DNA of 32,407 nt from Candidatus Bipolaricaulota bacterium (GCA_021159405.1 JAGGRX010000021.1:1-32407); one strand, 5' to 3'; numbered from the stretch's first letter, positions 1 to 8,955 are shown. The notes: generated by a model from the letters alone, not told the origin. Made by a program: numbers and translations.

Positions 1-1664
1 GCTGCTGCGGCCGCCACCAGGTGGAACGTGCGCTCACCGGCACGGAAGTCCGGAAGCGAAAGAAGTCCGTCTGCGTCGATCACCCCCACGAGCGTGATCC
101 TGGGGAAGTCAAGGCCCTTCCCCACCATCTGCGTTCCCACCAAGACATCGATTTCGCCCCGGGCCAAGGCCGCCAGGATCTCCCCCCGCTGGGCAGCGGT
201 GTCCGAATCGAGCCGGGCTACGGATAAGCTCGGGAACAGCCTCCGTACCTCAAATTCTACCCTCTCTGTCCCCAGGCCGAACAGGCGGAACCGCTCCCCC
301 CCGCAATGGGGGCAGCGGGGCTGGGGGAAGGCCTTGCCGCAGACATGGCAGCGGAAACTGCGGTCGGCAAGGTGAAACACCAGGGGTACCGCGCAGCCTG
401 GGCAGCGGAGGATGGCCCCGCAGGACCGGCAGGCCGCCCCGGTGAAGAACCCCCGGCGGTTGAGGAAGAGCAGCACCTGCCCACCCCGGGAAAGGTGCCT
501 GTCCATGGCCGCTTGAAGCTCAGGGCCAAGCACCTCCTCGCCTTTGGGCACAAGCCGCACCTGGGGGGGATGTCCTGCCACCCTTCGGGTCAACCTGAAA
601 AGCCGGATCTCCCCCCGCTCGGCACGGAAATAGGTTTCAACGGATGGAGAAGCCGAGCCGAGCAGTACGGCTGCTCCTTCATGGGCGGCGCGGAGCTCGG
701 AGACCTCCCGGGCATGGTAGTAAGGGGCCATGTCTCCTTGCTTGTAGGCCGGTTCCCCCTCCTCGTCCAACACGAACAGTCCGGGGTCCTTCAAGGGGAG
801 GAAGGCTGCCGAGCGCGTGCCGCAGGCCGCCCGCAATTTTCCCCGCAGGGCGGCTTCCCATACCCGCCACCTCTCCCCTGGGGGGAGGTCCCCGAAGTAA
901 AGGGAAACCTGTTTGTCCAAGGCCGCGACTGCCCGGGCCCAAAGCTGAGGAAGGAGCGAGACTTCAGGCTCAAGCAGGAGCGCTCCTCTGCCCTGGGCGA
1001 GGACGGCTCGGGCCGTACGCAGGTAAACCTCGGTTTTTCCAGAGCCGGGCGGTCCAAACAAGAGGAACGTTTCTCCCCCTTCGGCCTCGGCCACCGCCTC
1101 CACCGCACGCCTTTGCTCCTCGGTCAAGGACACCTCCCTCCGGGGCTCCCGCAGGGGGAAGCCAAAAGGGAGGGCTTCCGGCCGGACGATCCCCTTGCGG
1201 GAAAGGGCCCGCAGGGCGCCGGCCGCCTGGCCGCCCTTTACCTCCTCCCCGGAGAGGAGCATGGCGAGGGCCCGGGCCTGGGCCGGCGCCTTTCGGGCAA
1301 GCTCCGCAAGTAGCGCCTGTGCCTCCAGAGGGGGGACCGCCAGGCGATACCGCTTTGCCCGTGGCCGTACCCGCGGCGGGATCAACCGCCCCAGGGCAAG
1401 CCCGGGGGAGACGAACGACCGCCCAGCTACCTCTTGGATCAGGGCAAGCACCTCTTGGGAGACGGCCGGCCCGGCCACCTCCTGGATGGGCTGAAGCTCA
1501 CCTACGTAGCTTGGGGAAGGGGAAACGGACACAACGATCCCCCACAGGGATCTTTTCCCTAGCGGAACGCGCACCCGAACCCCCACCTCGATCCCCATCC
1601 CCTCGGGCACAAGGTAATCGAAGGGTTTGGCCCTGGGGATGGGGAGGGCCACCCGGGCGATCAC
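1..1664 (-). CDS. priA: Primosomal protein N' (replication restart helicase PriA); C-terminal part lies beyond the window start
   Basis: My own reverse translation gives an N-terminus VIARVALPIPRAKPFDYLVPEGMGIEVGVRVRVPLGKRSLWG. A Walker A motif FLLFGPPGSGKTEVY sits near nt 1020-1065. A Cys-rich zinc region lies near nt 300-420. IDVLVGTQMVGKGLDFPRITLVGVIDADGLLSLPDFRAGERTFHLV runs to nt 1. The start is GTG at 1664-1662, directly after the upstream stop (TAGGTG). It is absent from the ORF track, presumably because the frame runs off the window edge. Confidence 0.9.
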   Translation of the reverse strand, partial: MIARVALPIPRAKPFDYLVPEGMGIEVGVRVRVPLGKRSLWGIVVSVSPSPSYVGELQPIQEVAGPAVSQEVLALIQEVAGRSFVSPGLALGRLIPPRVRPRAKRYRLAVPPLEAQALLAELARKAPAQARALAMLLSGEEVKGGQAAGALRALSRKGIVRPEALPFGFPLREPRREVSLTEEQRRAVEAVAEAEGGETFLLFGPPGSGKTEVYLRTARAVLAQGRGALLLEPEVSLLPQLWARAVAALDKQVSLYFGDLPPGERWRVWEAALRGKLRAACGTRSAAFLPLKDPGLFVLDEEGEPAYKQGDMAPYYHAREVSELRAAHEGAAVLLGSASPSVETYFRAERGEIRLFRLTRRVAGHPPQVRLVPKGEEVLGPELQAAMDRHLSRGGQVLLFLNRRGFFTGAACRSCGAILRCPGCAVPLVFHLADRSFRCHVCGKAFPQPRCPHCGGERFRLFGLGTERVEFEVRRLFPSLSVARLDSDTAAQRGEILAALARGEIDVLVGTQMVGKGLDFPRITLVGVIDADGLLSLPDFRAGERTFHLVAAAA

Positions 1665-2567
1665 CTATCCCCCCTTCCGACGGCGGAGATAGATCATGGC
1701 CCCGCGGGCCGACATGGCCAGGTCCTCCCTTACCACGGGATCGTCTACGGGCCAGCCGGCCCGGCCGAGCTCTCCAAGCACTTCCTCCACAGCTACTTCC
1801 TCCTCGCCCGCTCGGCCAAGCGCCCGCTTTACCAGCTCCACCCACCACACAAGCAGCTCCCCATACTCCGAAAGGCCTTCCCGGCCTGCCCTCGGCCCAA
1901 AGTGGGTATAAAGAAGGATCTTCGGGTTAAGAGAATAAAGCCTGTTTAAAGTGGACAGGGACGCCTCCAGGTCGAAGCTGGGGGGCACCGTCGCGGGGAT
2001 GAGGCGGCCGCTATAGAAAAGGCCGGCTGCGTCGCCGGTGAAGAGAAGCCCCTCTTCCTCTTCCAAAAAACACAGGTGATGGGGGGCATGTCCCGGAGAG
2101 TCCAGCGCCAGGATCGTGCGGCCTCCGAGGTCGAACCGGTCCCCGTCCTTTGCCTGGCAGATCCTTTCCTCCGGGATCGGGATCGCCTCCCCGTAAAGGG
2201 GGAAGCGTTCTTTCACCGCGGCCCTCACCGATTCCACCAGGCGGCTTGGGTTCACCAGGTGCTTTGCCCCGCGTGGGTGGACCACCACCCGGGCGCCGGG
2301 AAGGTGGGGGAGGAGGGCCCCTGCCCCCCCGGCGTGGTCCAGGTGGATGTGCGTGAGGAAGATCCAGCGAACCTTGTCCCTTGGGATACCGAGCTCATCT
2401 AAGGCCAAAAGCACCCGGTCCTTGGCCAGGGAGGTCCCCGACTCCACCAGGGCTACCTGGTCAGCCGCAATCACATACACCCCGCCCACCCTGGGTCGGC
2501 CGAACTGGCAGGCGTCCACGAGATGAACCCCAGGGGCTACTTCAATGGGTTCAGCAAAACCAACCAA
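1665..2567 (-). CDS. MBL-fold metallo-hydrolase
   Basis: 300-aa ORF containing the HxHxDH motif (THIHLDHAGG) and later SPGHAPHH. TTG start at 2567 overlaps the upstream permease stop by 17 nt. Its stop abuts the priA start. Confidence 0.85.
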   Translation of the reverse strand: MVGFAEPIEVAPGVHLVDACQFGRPRVGGVYVIAADQVALVESGTSLAKDRVLLALDELGIPRDKVRWIFLTHIHLDHAGGAGALLPHLPGARVVVHPRGAKHLVNPSRLVESVRAAVKERFPLYGEAIPIPEERICQAKDGDRFDLGGRTILALDSPGHAPHHLCFLEEEEGLLFTGDAAGLFYSGRLIPATVPPSFDLEASLSTLNRLYSLNPKILLYTHFGPRAGREGLSEYGELLVWWVELVKRALGRAGEEEVAVEEVLGELGRAGWPVDDPVVREDLAMSARGAMIYLRRRKGG

Positions 2568-3849
2568 ACTTCACCCCCAAGCAAATCGCCAAGCTTGCCA
2601 CCCCGCAGCCCAGCAAGGCGAGCCAGGTGCCGGAGCGTAGCCAATGCCGCACTGTGATCGGCTCATCGGTTCGCTCCGAGACGGAAACCGCCACCACGTT
2701 CGCTGTGGCCCCGATGGGGGTGGCGTTCCCTCCGAATCCCACCCCCAGGGCTAGGGCCCACCACAGGGGGCCGGTCGCTATACCCTGGCTCCCCAGTCCC
2801 TTGATCACCGGGAGCATGGCGATGGTGAACGGGATGTTATCCACCACCGCCGACATCAGGGCACTGACCCATAGGATGGCGAGGGCGGCTGGGAGCATCC
2901 CCGAGTGGGCAAGGAACCCGAGGTGGGTGGACACCCAGGAAAGCACCCCGGCTGACTCAAGCCCCCCCACCACGATGAATAGGCTTATAAAGAACAAAAG
3001 GACGTCCCAGTGGATCTGGGAAAGCACCTCGTCAACCTTGGGCCTGACCCAAAGGAGCCCGAGCGACGCCCCGATCAAGGCAACCAATCCTGGGGGAAGG
3101 TGGAGGAGGTCATGGACGAGGTACAACACCACGATTATGCCCAACACTGTGAGCATCCGCCGCATGGTCTTGGGGTCCACCAATGCCCGGCGTGCATCGA
3201 TCGCCATCAGTGACTCCACCCGCTCCGGGGGGGCGGAAAGCTCCCGGCGAAAAAGGAGTCTAAGCAGGCCAAAGGAAAGGAGGAGGGTCACCAGCACCAC
3301 CGGCCCCAGGTGCGAAAGGAAGTCGTTGAACGAAAAGCCGGCCGCCGAGCCGATTAGGATGTTTGGGGGGTCTCCAACCAACGTGGCCACCCCGCCGACA
3401 TTTGAGCACACCGCCTCCGCGATCAGAAGCGGCATCGGGCTTATCCCCACCACCTCGGCGATGGACACCGTGACCGGGGCCACCATCACGATGGTGGTCA
3501 CGTTGTCCAGGATCGTGGACACAAGCGCCGTGAACCCAGCCAGGGAAAGGAGGAGCCGCCACGGGTTTCCCTTCGTCCACTGGGCGACCACGATGGCGGC
3601 GTATTGAAAGAAGCCTGTCTTCTGGAGGACGCTCACGATGATCATCATGCCCAGGAGAAGGCCGATGGTGTTGAAATCGATGGCGGCCACGGCTGCCTTC
3701 CAGTCGTAGAAGCCCAGGCCGATCCCGACAGCGATCATGGCGATGGCGCCGGCCATGGCGGCGATGGTACGGTGCACCCGCTCTGAGAAGATAAGCCCAT
3801 AGGTGATCAGGAAGATACCTATGGAAGCAGCAGCCGAGCTAACGTCCAT
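2551..3849 (-). CDS. ArsB/NhaD-superfamily (SLC13/CitMHS-like) anion permease
   Basis: Polytopic membrane protein with two homologous halves and motifs such as LDNVTTIVMVAP and VVDNIPFTIAMLP. I trimmed the track ORF (2551..3957) to the internal ATG at 3849 (MDVSSAAASIGIFLITYG), where the hydrophobic core begins. Confidence 0.8.
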   Translation of the reverse strand: MDVSSAAASIGIFLITYGLIFSERVHRTIAAMAGAIAMIAVGIGLGFYDWKAAVAAIDFNTIGLLLGMMIIVSVLQKTGFFQYAAIVVAQWTKGNPWRLLLSLAGFTALVSTILDNVTTIVMVAPVTVSIAEVVGISPMPLLIAEAVCSNVGGVATLVGDPPNILIGSAAGFSFNDFLSHLGPVVLVTLLLSFGLLRLLFRRELSAPPERVESLMAIDARRALVDPKTMRRMLTVLGIIVVLYLVHDLLHLPPGLVALIGASLGLLWVRPKVDEVLSQIHWDVLLFFISLFIVVGGLESAGVLSWVSTHLGFLAHSGMLPAALAILWVSALMSAVVDNIPFTIAMLPVIKGLGSQGIATGPLWWALALGVGFGGNATPIGATANVVAVSVSERTDEPITVRHWLRSGTWLALLGCGVASLAICLGVKFGWFC

Positions 3850-3863
3850 GAGCCAAGTATACG

Positions 3864-3885
3864 CAGGAGATGGGTTGTTCTCCTG
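3864..3885. promoter_or_regulatory. Inverted repeat CAGGAGA-N8-TCTCCTG in a divergent promoter region (candidate operator or hairpin)
   Basis: Perfect 7-bp arms at 3864-3870 and 3879-3885, read directly. It lies in the 91-nt gap between the permease start (3849, minus) and the antiporter start (3941, plus). Confidence 0.3.
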
Positions 3886-3940
3886 TGGGTGAGGTCGTAA
3901 ACTTGCGCCGTCCTCGCCGAGGTTTTGCGTGGGACATGCC

Positions 3941-5167
3941 ATGGATCCACTACTCACGGTAGGTATAGTGTTGGCCTTGGGCCTTTTGCTCGGGGAGGTA
4001 GCCCAGCGACTTGGGTTCCCCCGGGTGGCAGGCTATATCGTGGCCGGGATCCTGCTCAACCCGAAGATCACCGGGGTGGTCCCGGCCGATTTCGTTTCTG
4101 GCACCGACCCCATCGTGAACGCGGCCTTGGCCATCATCACGTTTGAGGTAGGGGGAACCTTGGCAATCGGACCCTTGCGGGAACTGGGCCGAGGCATCGT
4201 GTTCCTCGCGCTTGGGGAGGCGGAGCTTGCCGCCCTGGCCATTCTGACCGGCTCCACCCTGGTGCTCCCCTTCTTGGTGCACCTCCCTACGGGCACCGGC
4301 TTTGCTGCGGCGATCCCCTTGGCCCTGCTTTTGGGGGCCTTGGGTTCTCCCACCGACCCCTCCGCCACGTTGGCCGTGATCCACCAGTACCGGGCCAAGG
4401 GGATGGTGTCCTTCAGCATCATGGGTGCAGCCGCCTTCGACGACGCTTTGGGCATCATCAACTTCAGCATCGCCACCGCCTTGGCCGGGATCCTGGTGGC
4501 CCACTCCGGAGCCAGCGCCTTTACCTTCCTGGAGCCCTTCTTGGTGATACTCGGTTCGGTCGCCCTGGGGGTGGCCCTGGGGTTCCTTTACCACGGGGTG
4601 GTGAGGCTCCTTGGGAGAAGCGAGGATGGGATACTGATTGCCTTGGCCATTACCATCCTCCTCCTCGGCTATGGGGTGGCCTCGGTCCTGAAGTTTGACC
4701 AGCTGCTCGTGACCATGGCGGTGGGGATAACGGTGGTGAACCTCCGCCACACCCGACCCCGCATATTTCAGCTTGTGGAGAGGCACGTCGAGCCGCTTGT
4801 TTTCCTCCTCTTTTTCACGTTAAGCGGCATGTACTTGGATTTCGGGATCCTGGTCAGGCACCTGCCGGTGGTGTTGTTGTTTGTGGTCTTCCGGACGGTG
4901 GGGAAGTTGAGCGGGGCATATCTGGGGGCCAGTTTGGGCCGGGCTCCTCATCCGGTGCGTCGGTACACGGGATGGGGCTTGATCCCCCAAGGGGGAATCG
5001 TGATCGGGCTCGCCCTTACCTTAAAGGGGATCCCAGAGCTTGCCCCCTTTGCGGACATCCTGGTAAATGTAATCATCGGGGCTACGGTGATCCACGAACT
5101 TATCGGCCCCTTCACTGCCAAGTTCGCCTTGCAGCAGGCAGGTGAGATCCCGAAGGGGAAAACTTAG
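3941..5167 (+). CDS. Cation:proton antiporter (Na+/H+ exchanger family, CPA-type)
   Basis: About 12 TM segments. N-terminus MDPLLTVGIVLALGLLLGEVAQRLGFPRVAGYIVAGILLNP is typical of Kef/NapA-type exchangers. The track start is GTG 3929; I prefer ATG 3941. Confidence 0.85.
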   Translation: MDPLLTVGIVLALGLLLGEVAQRLGFPRVAGYIVAGILLNPKITGVVPADFVSGTDPIVNAALAIITFEVGGTLAIGPLRELGRGIVFLALGEAELAALAILTGSTLVLPFLVHLPTGTGFAAAIPLALLLGALGSPTDPSATLAVIHQYRAKGMVSFSIMGAAAFDDALGIINFSIATALAGILVAHSGASAFTFLEPFLVILGSVALGVALGFLYHGVVRLLGRSEDGILIALAITILLLGYGVASVLKFDQLLVTMAVGITVVNLRHTRPRIFQLVERHVEPLVFLLFFTLSGMYLDFGILVRHLPVVLLFVVFRTVGKLSGAYLGASLGRAPHPVRRYTGWGLIPQGGIVIGLALTLKGIPELAPFADILVNVIIGATVIHELIGPFTAKFALQQAGEIPKGKT

Positions 5168-5586
5168 GAGCTATTTTTTAGGAACGCCTCTGCTTTGCGC
5201 AGGACCTCCCGCTGTTCCTCATGGGTGATCTGCCGCAGCGCTTCCTGATAGGGGAGCCACCGCATGTCCCCGATCTCCCCGGGGGCAGGGCGGCCAACTT
5301 CATCGGTACGGGCCAGGAAAAAGGTAACCTCCTTTTCCACCGGTTGACCACCCCGGAAGAAGCGGTAGGTGATCTTCTCCTGAAAGTCAGCTTGTGGCCT
5401 CAGACGCTCGATCCCCACTTCCTCAGCGACCTCCCTTCGGGCGGCGGAAAATTCATCCTCTCCCGGCTCGATGTGCCCTTTAGGGAACCCCCAATGGCCG
5501 CCCCGCCGGTTGCGGACGATCAAGTACTCGCGCCGGCCCGAAAAGTCGCGGAACAGGATGAAGCCCGCGGCACGTTCCCGGACCAT
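5164..5586 (-). CDS. NUDIX hydrolase (Ap4A-hydrolase / RNA-pyrophosphohydrolase-like)
   Basis: Nudix box GHWGFPKGHIEPGEDEFSAARREVAEEVG. I chose the ATG at 5586 (MVRERAAGFILF), 4 nt downstream of the rpoB stop codon (5591-5593). The longer track ORF (to 5622) would overlap rpoB. Confidence 0.85.
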   Translation of the reverse strand: MVRERAAGFILFRDFSGRREYLIVRNRRGGHWGFPKGHIEPGEDEFSAARREVAEEVGIERLRPQADFQEKITYRFFRGGQPVEKEVTFFLARTDEVGRPAPGEIGDMRWLPYQEALRQITHEEQREVLRKAEAFLKNSS

Positions 5587-5590
5587 GGAA

Positions 5591-8500
5591 TCATACGATG
5601 TCGAGCTCCCGGTCGCTTGCATCGTAGGCCTTGGGGGCCAGGCCCAGACACTGGAGCTCCCGCCATAGGACCCGGAACGACTCTGGGATGCCGGGCTTAG
5701 GAAAATCCTCCCCCCTTAGGATCGCCTTATAGAGCTGCACCCTGCCCCTGGCGTCGTCGGACTTCACCGTGAGCATCTCTTGAAGGAGCGATGCTGCCCC
5801 GTAGGCCTCAAGCGCCCACACCTCCATCTCGCCCAAGCGCTGCCCGCCGAACTGGGCCTTGCCTCCCAATGGCTGCTGGGTGATGAGGGCATAAGGGCCG
5901 GTGGAGCGGGCGTGGATCTTGTCCGCGGCGATGTGCTCAAGCTTGAGCAGGTACATTACCCCCACCGTCACCGGGGCCTTGAACGGCTCCCCAGTGCGCC
6001 CATCCCGGAGCACCACCTTCCCATCCTGTCTCTTCCCATCGGAAAGCCCCCGCGCCTTGAGCTCCTCGGTGAGCTCCGACAGGATCTCCTCCTCCCGAGC
6101 GCCATCGAACACCGGGCTGGCCACCTTCTCCCCCCGCAGGGCGGCCAGCCACCCCAGGTTCGTCTCGAAGATCTGCCCCAGGTTCATGCGGGAGGGAACC
6201 CCGAGGGGGTTGAGCACTACGTCCAGGGGCGTGCCGTCCGGAAGGAAGGGCATGTCCTCTTCTGGGAGGATCTTGGCGATGACGCCCTTGTTCCCGTGTC
6301 GGCCAGCGAGCTTGTCCCCCACGGCGATGCGCCGCCGCTGCGCCACATACACCTTCACCAGCTCGTTCACCCCGGCCTCAAGCTCGTCCCCAGCCGCCCG
6401 GGAAAGCCGCTTCACCCGGATCACGGTGGCCGTGCCGGTGATGGGAGGCATTTTCAGCGATGTATTACGAAAGTTACGCATCTTCTCCCCAAAGATCGAC
6501 CGGAAGATGCGCTCCTCCGGCGTGGGTTCGGCCTCGCCTTTGGGGGTGATCTTCCCCACCAGGACGTCCCCAGTCCTCACCTCGGTCCCCACCCGCACGA
6601 CCCCGTGCTCGTCGAGGTTGCGAAGGTCCTCCTTGGAGAGATTGGGGATGTCGGCGGTGATCTCCTCGGGGCCGAGCTTCGTCTCCTCTGCCCGGACCTC
6701 GAACTCCTGGATGTGGATGGAGTCGAGCACGTTGTCCCTTACCAGGCGCTCTGAGATCACGATGGCATCCTCGTAGTTGTAGCCCTCGAAGGGGAGGAAT
6801 CCCACGAGCAGGTTCGTGCCCAAGGCGAGCTCTCCATCTTGGGTGGACTGGGAGTCGGCAAGCACCTCCCCCCGCTTGACCTTGTCCCCAGGCCTCACCA
6901 AGGGGCGATGGTGGAGCAATGTGTCCTGGTTTGAGCGCTCAAAGTTGAGGAGCCGGTAAGTCCTCCGGATCGCCCCGGAGCGGACCACGATCTTTTGGGC
7001 ATCCACCTTCTCCACCACGCCATCCTGCTCACATAACACCACCGCACCGGAGTCCCGGGCTGCTTTCCCCTCCATGCCCGTCCCCACGATGGGCGCCTGG
7101 GGCCGCAGAAGCGGCACGGCCTGCCGTTGCATGTTGGCCCCCATGAGTGCCCGGTTGGCGTCATCGTGCTCGAGGAACGGGATCAAGGAGGCGGACACGC
7201 CCACGATCGTACGGGGGGAGACCTCGATGAAGTCCACTTCCTCAGGGGGCACGAACATGATCTCCTCCCGGCCGGTGCGGATGGGGACGCGCTCGTCAAG
7301 GATGCGCCCGTCCTCGTCCACTTTTATCGTGGCCGGGGCAATACGGTAGTTTTGCTCCTCATCGGCCATTAAGTATTCGATCTTGCCAGTGACGCGGCCG
7401 TTTTCGACCCGCACATAGGGGGCTTCCAGGAACCCATAATCATTCACCCGGGCGTAGACGGCCATGGAGGTGATGAGGCCGATGTTCTGGCCCTCCGGGG
7501 TCTCGATGGGACAGATGCGGCCGTAGTGAGAGGGGTGGACGTCCCTGACCTCGATCTTGGCCCGGCGCGCTGACACCCCCCCAAGGGCCGAAAGCCTCCG
7601 CTTGTGGGTGAGCTCCGATAGGGGGTTTGTCTGCTCCAGGAACTGGGAGAGCCGTCCCGTGTAAAACAGCATGTTGACCGCTGCCTGAACGGTGCGGGCG
7701 GAAACGATCTTGCGGATCACGTCCCGATCGTTAAGGTCCACCCGGGACAGCTTGTCTTGGGCGATCCTCGCCATGCGTACAAGGCCCGCCCGTAGGGCGG
7801 CCTGGGCTTGCTCCCCGGGAAGCCGCACCCTCTTGTTGGCCAGGTGATCCTTCTCATCCAACAGCTTCGGATCCTCCGGGGCCCGGATGAGCAGGTCAAG
7901 CGCCCGGAAGATGTCCTCCGGAGTTAGGTACGTCTCCTCCCGATCGATCCCCAGCTTTCGGTTCAGCTTAAACCGCCCGATCGGGGTGAGCCGATACGTC
8001 TCCGGCTCGAAGTACAGGCTCCTCAGATACTCCAACATCTGCCCAAAGGCGGGCCGATCGCTGGAACGGAACCGGTGGTAGATATAGCGGACCGCCTCCT
8101 CTTGGGTGGCGGTCTTGTCCTCCTGCAGGGCCTTGGCCACCGCCGGGTGGACGATGCGGATGCTGCCCCGCCCCAGGGACGTGAGCTTCTTGAGCCGGGC
8201 CTGCGAGAGTTCCTCCCCGACCTCCCAACGCTCGCCGTCCACCTCCAGGGATTCGGCCAAAAACGCAGTCTTCCAAGCGCCCAAACGATCGGGAAGCTCA
8301 GCCACCGGTACCTCGATGGAATACCGGGTGAGCATTTCCCCGGTCTCCATCCCCAAAGCTCGCAGGAAACAGGTAACCGGCACCTTGCCCCGACGATCCA
8401 AGTTGGCCCGCAACGTCCAGCGGCGGATATCGAGGTCGATCTCCAGCCATGCCCCAAGCTCCGGCAGAAAGTGTGCCCGGAAAAGATGGGGTTCCTCTTG

Positions 8501-8908
8501 GGTGATGTAAAGGCCAGGGGAACGGGCTAGCTCGTTGACAAGCGCGTTCTCTGTGCCGTTGATGATGAACGTGGCCCGGGAGGTCATGAGGGGGATGTCG
8601 GCTAGGTACAGCTCCGCCTCTTTGATCAGGCGGTCTGCGGACTTGAGGCGCCCGATGACCCGGAGTGGGGCCGCGTAGGTCAAGTCCATGAGCCGACATT
8701 CCCATTCGTCGTGTCTCGGATCCCCGAGGTGTGGGTCCACGAGTTCCAATACCAGGTCTTCCCGCCCAGGGGACTTGATCGGGGACACCTCGGCGAACAC
8801 CTCGGCGATCCCCTGGGTGAGAAAACGCTCATAAGACCGCCGCTGATCGGCGGTCAGGTCGGGAGGATCCATCCACTCCCGCGCACGTCCGTACCAGCGC
8901 CGTGACAT
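5591..8908 (-). CDS. rpoB: DNA-directed RNA polymerase subunit beta
   Basis: 1105-aa ORF with hallmark beta-subunit blocks: FIINGTE..RSPG, NMQRQAVPL, GRHGNKGV, LGGKAQFGGQRLGEMEVWALEAYGAA. The C-terminus PESFRVLWRELQCLGL looks complete. Confidence 0.97.
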   Translation of the reverse strand: MSRRWYGRAREWMDPPDLTADQRRSYERFLTQGIAEVFAEVSPIKSPGREDLVLELVDPHLGDPRHDEWECRLMDLTYAAPLRVIGRLKSADRLIKEAELYLADIPLMTSRATFIINGTENALVNELARSPGLYITQEEPHLFRAHFLPELGAWLEIDLDIRRWTLRANLDRRGKVPVTCFLRALGMETGEMLTRYSIEVPVAELPDRLGAWKTAFLAESLEVDGERWEVGEELSQARLKKLTSLGRGSIRIVHPAVAKALQEDKTATQEEAVRYIYHRFRSSDRPAFGQMLEYLRSLYFEPETYRLTPIGRFKLNRKLGIDREETYLTPEDIFRALDLLIRAPEDPKLLDEKDHLANKRVRLPGEQAQAALRAGLVRMARIAQDKLSRVDLNDRDVIRKIVSARTVQAAVNMLFYTGRLSQFLEQTNPLSELTHKRRLSALGGVSARRAKIEVRDVHPSHYGRICPIETPEGQNIGLITSMAVYARVNDYGFLEAPYVRVENGRVTGKIEYLMADEEQNYRIAPATIKVDEDGRILDERVPIRTGREEIMFVPPEEVDFIEVSPRTIVGVSASLIPFLEHDDANRALMGANMQRQAVPLLRPQAPIVGTGMEGKAARDSGAVVLCEQDGVVEKVDAQKIVVRSGAIRRTYRLLNFERSNQDTLLHHRPLVRPGDKVKRGEVLADSQSTQDGELALGTNLLVGFLPFEGYNYEDAIVISERLVRDNVLDSIHIQEFEVRAEETKLGPEEITADIPNLSKEDLRNLDEHGVVRVGTEVRTGDVLVGKITPKGEAEPTPEERIFRSIFGEKMRNFRNTSLKMPPITGTATVIRVKRLSRAAGDELEAGVNELVKVYVAQRRRIAVGDKLAGRHGNKGVIAKILPEEDMPFLPDGTPLDVVLNPLGVPSRMNLGQIFETNLGWLAALRGEKVASPVFDGAREEEILSELTEELKARGLSDGKRQDGKVVLRDGRTGEPFKAPVTVGVMYLLKLEHIAADKIHARSTGPYALITQQPLGGKAQFGGQRLGEMEVWALEAYGAASLLQEMLTVKSDDARGRVQLYKAILRGEDFPKPGIPESFRVLWRELQCLGLAPKAYDASDRELDIV

Positions 8909-8917
8909 AGACAGATG

Positions 8918-8938
8918 GGGCCACCGTGAAGGTGGCCC
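8918..8938 (-). promoter_or_regulatory. GC-rich hairpin in the rplL-rpoB spacer, between a strong SD-like element and the rpoB AUG
   Basis: GGGCCACC (8918-8925) pairs with GGTGGCCC (8931-8938) around a 5-nt loop. On the mRNA strand AAAGGAGGTGA (8941-8951) lies upstream of it. Only 9 nt separate the hairpin from ATG 8908. Confidence 0.4.
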
Positions 8939-8955
8939 GTCACCTCCTTTATTTG

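Noticed and set aside
306-1930. Long plus-strand ORFs (306..1313 at 335 aa; 644..1930 at 428 aa) rich in Pro/Arg/Gly
   Set aside because: They lie antisense to a clearly recognisable priA (Walker A, Zn-finger and helicase C-terminal motifs on the minus strand). Their composition is low-complexity P/R/G, typical of shadow ORFs in high-G+C DNA.
2381-3607. 408-aa plus-strand ORF
   Set aside because: It is antisense to the ArsB/NhaD-type permease and shows no motifs. Its Ser/Thr/Pro/Arg-rich composition is typical of a GC-rich antisense frame.
8513-8563. Divergent rpoB block INGTENALVNELARSPG (E. coli has INGTERVIVSQLHRSPG)
   Set aside because: The divergence is real in the sequence, but it is a handful of substitutions in an otherwise canonical beta subunit. 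Without an alignment I cannot say it is exceptional, so I mention it only as context for the EF-Tu switch I observation.
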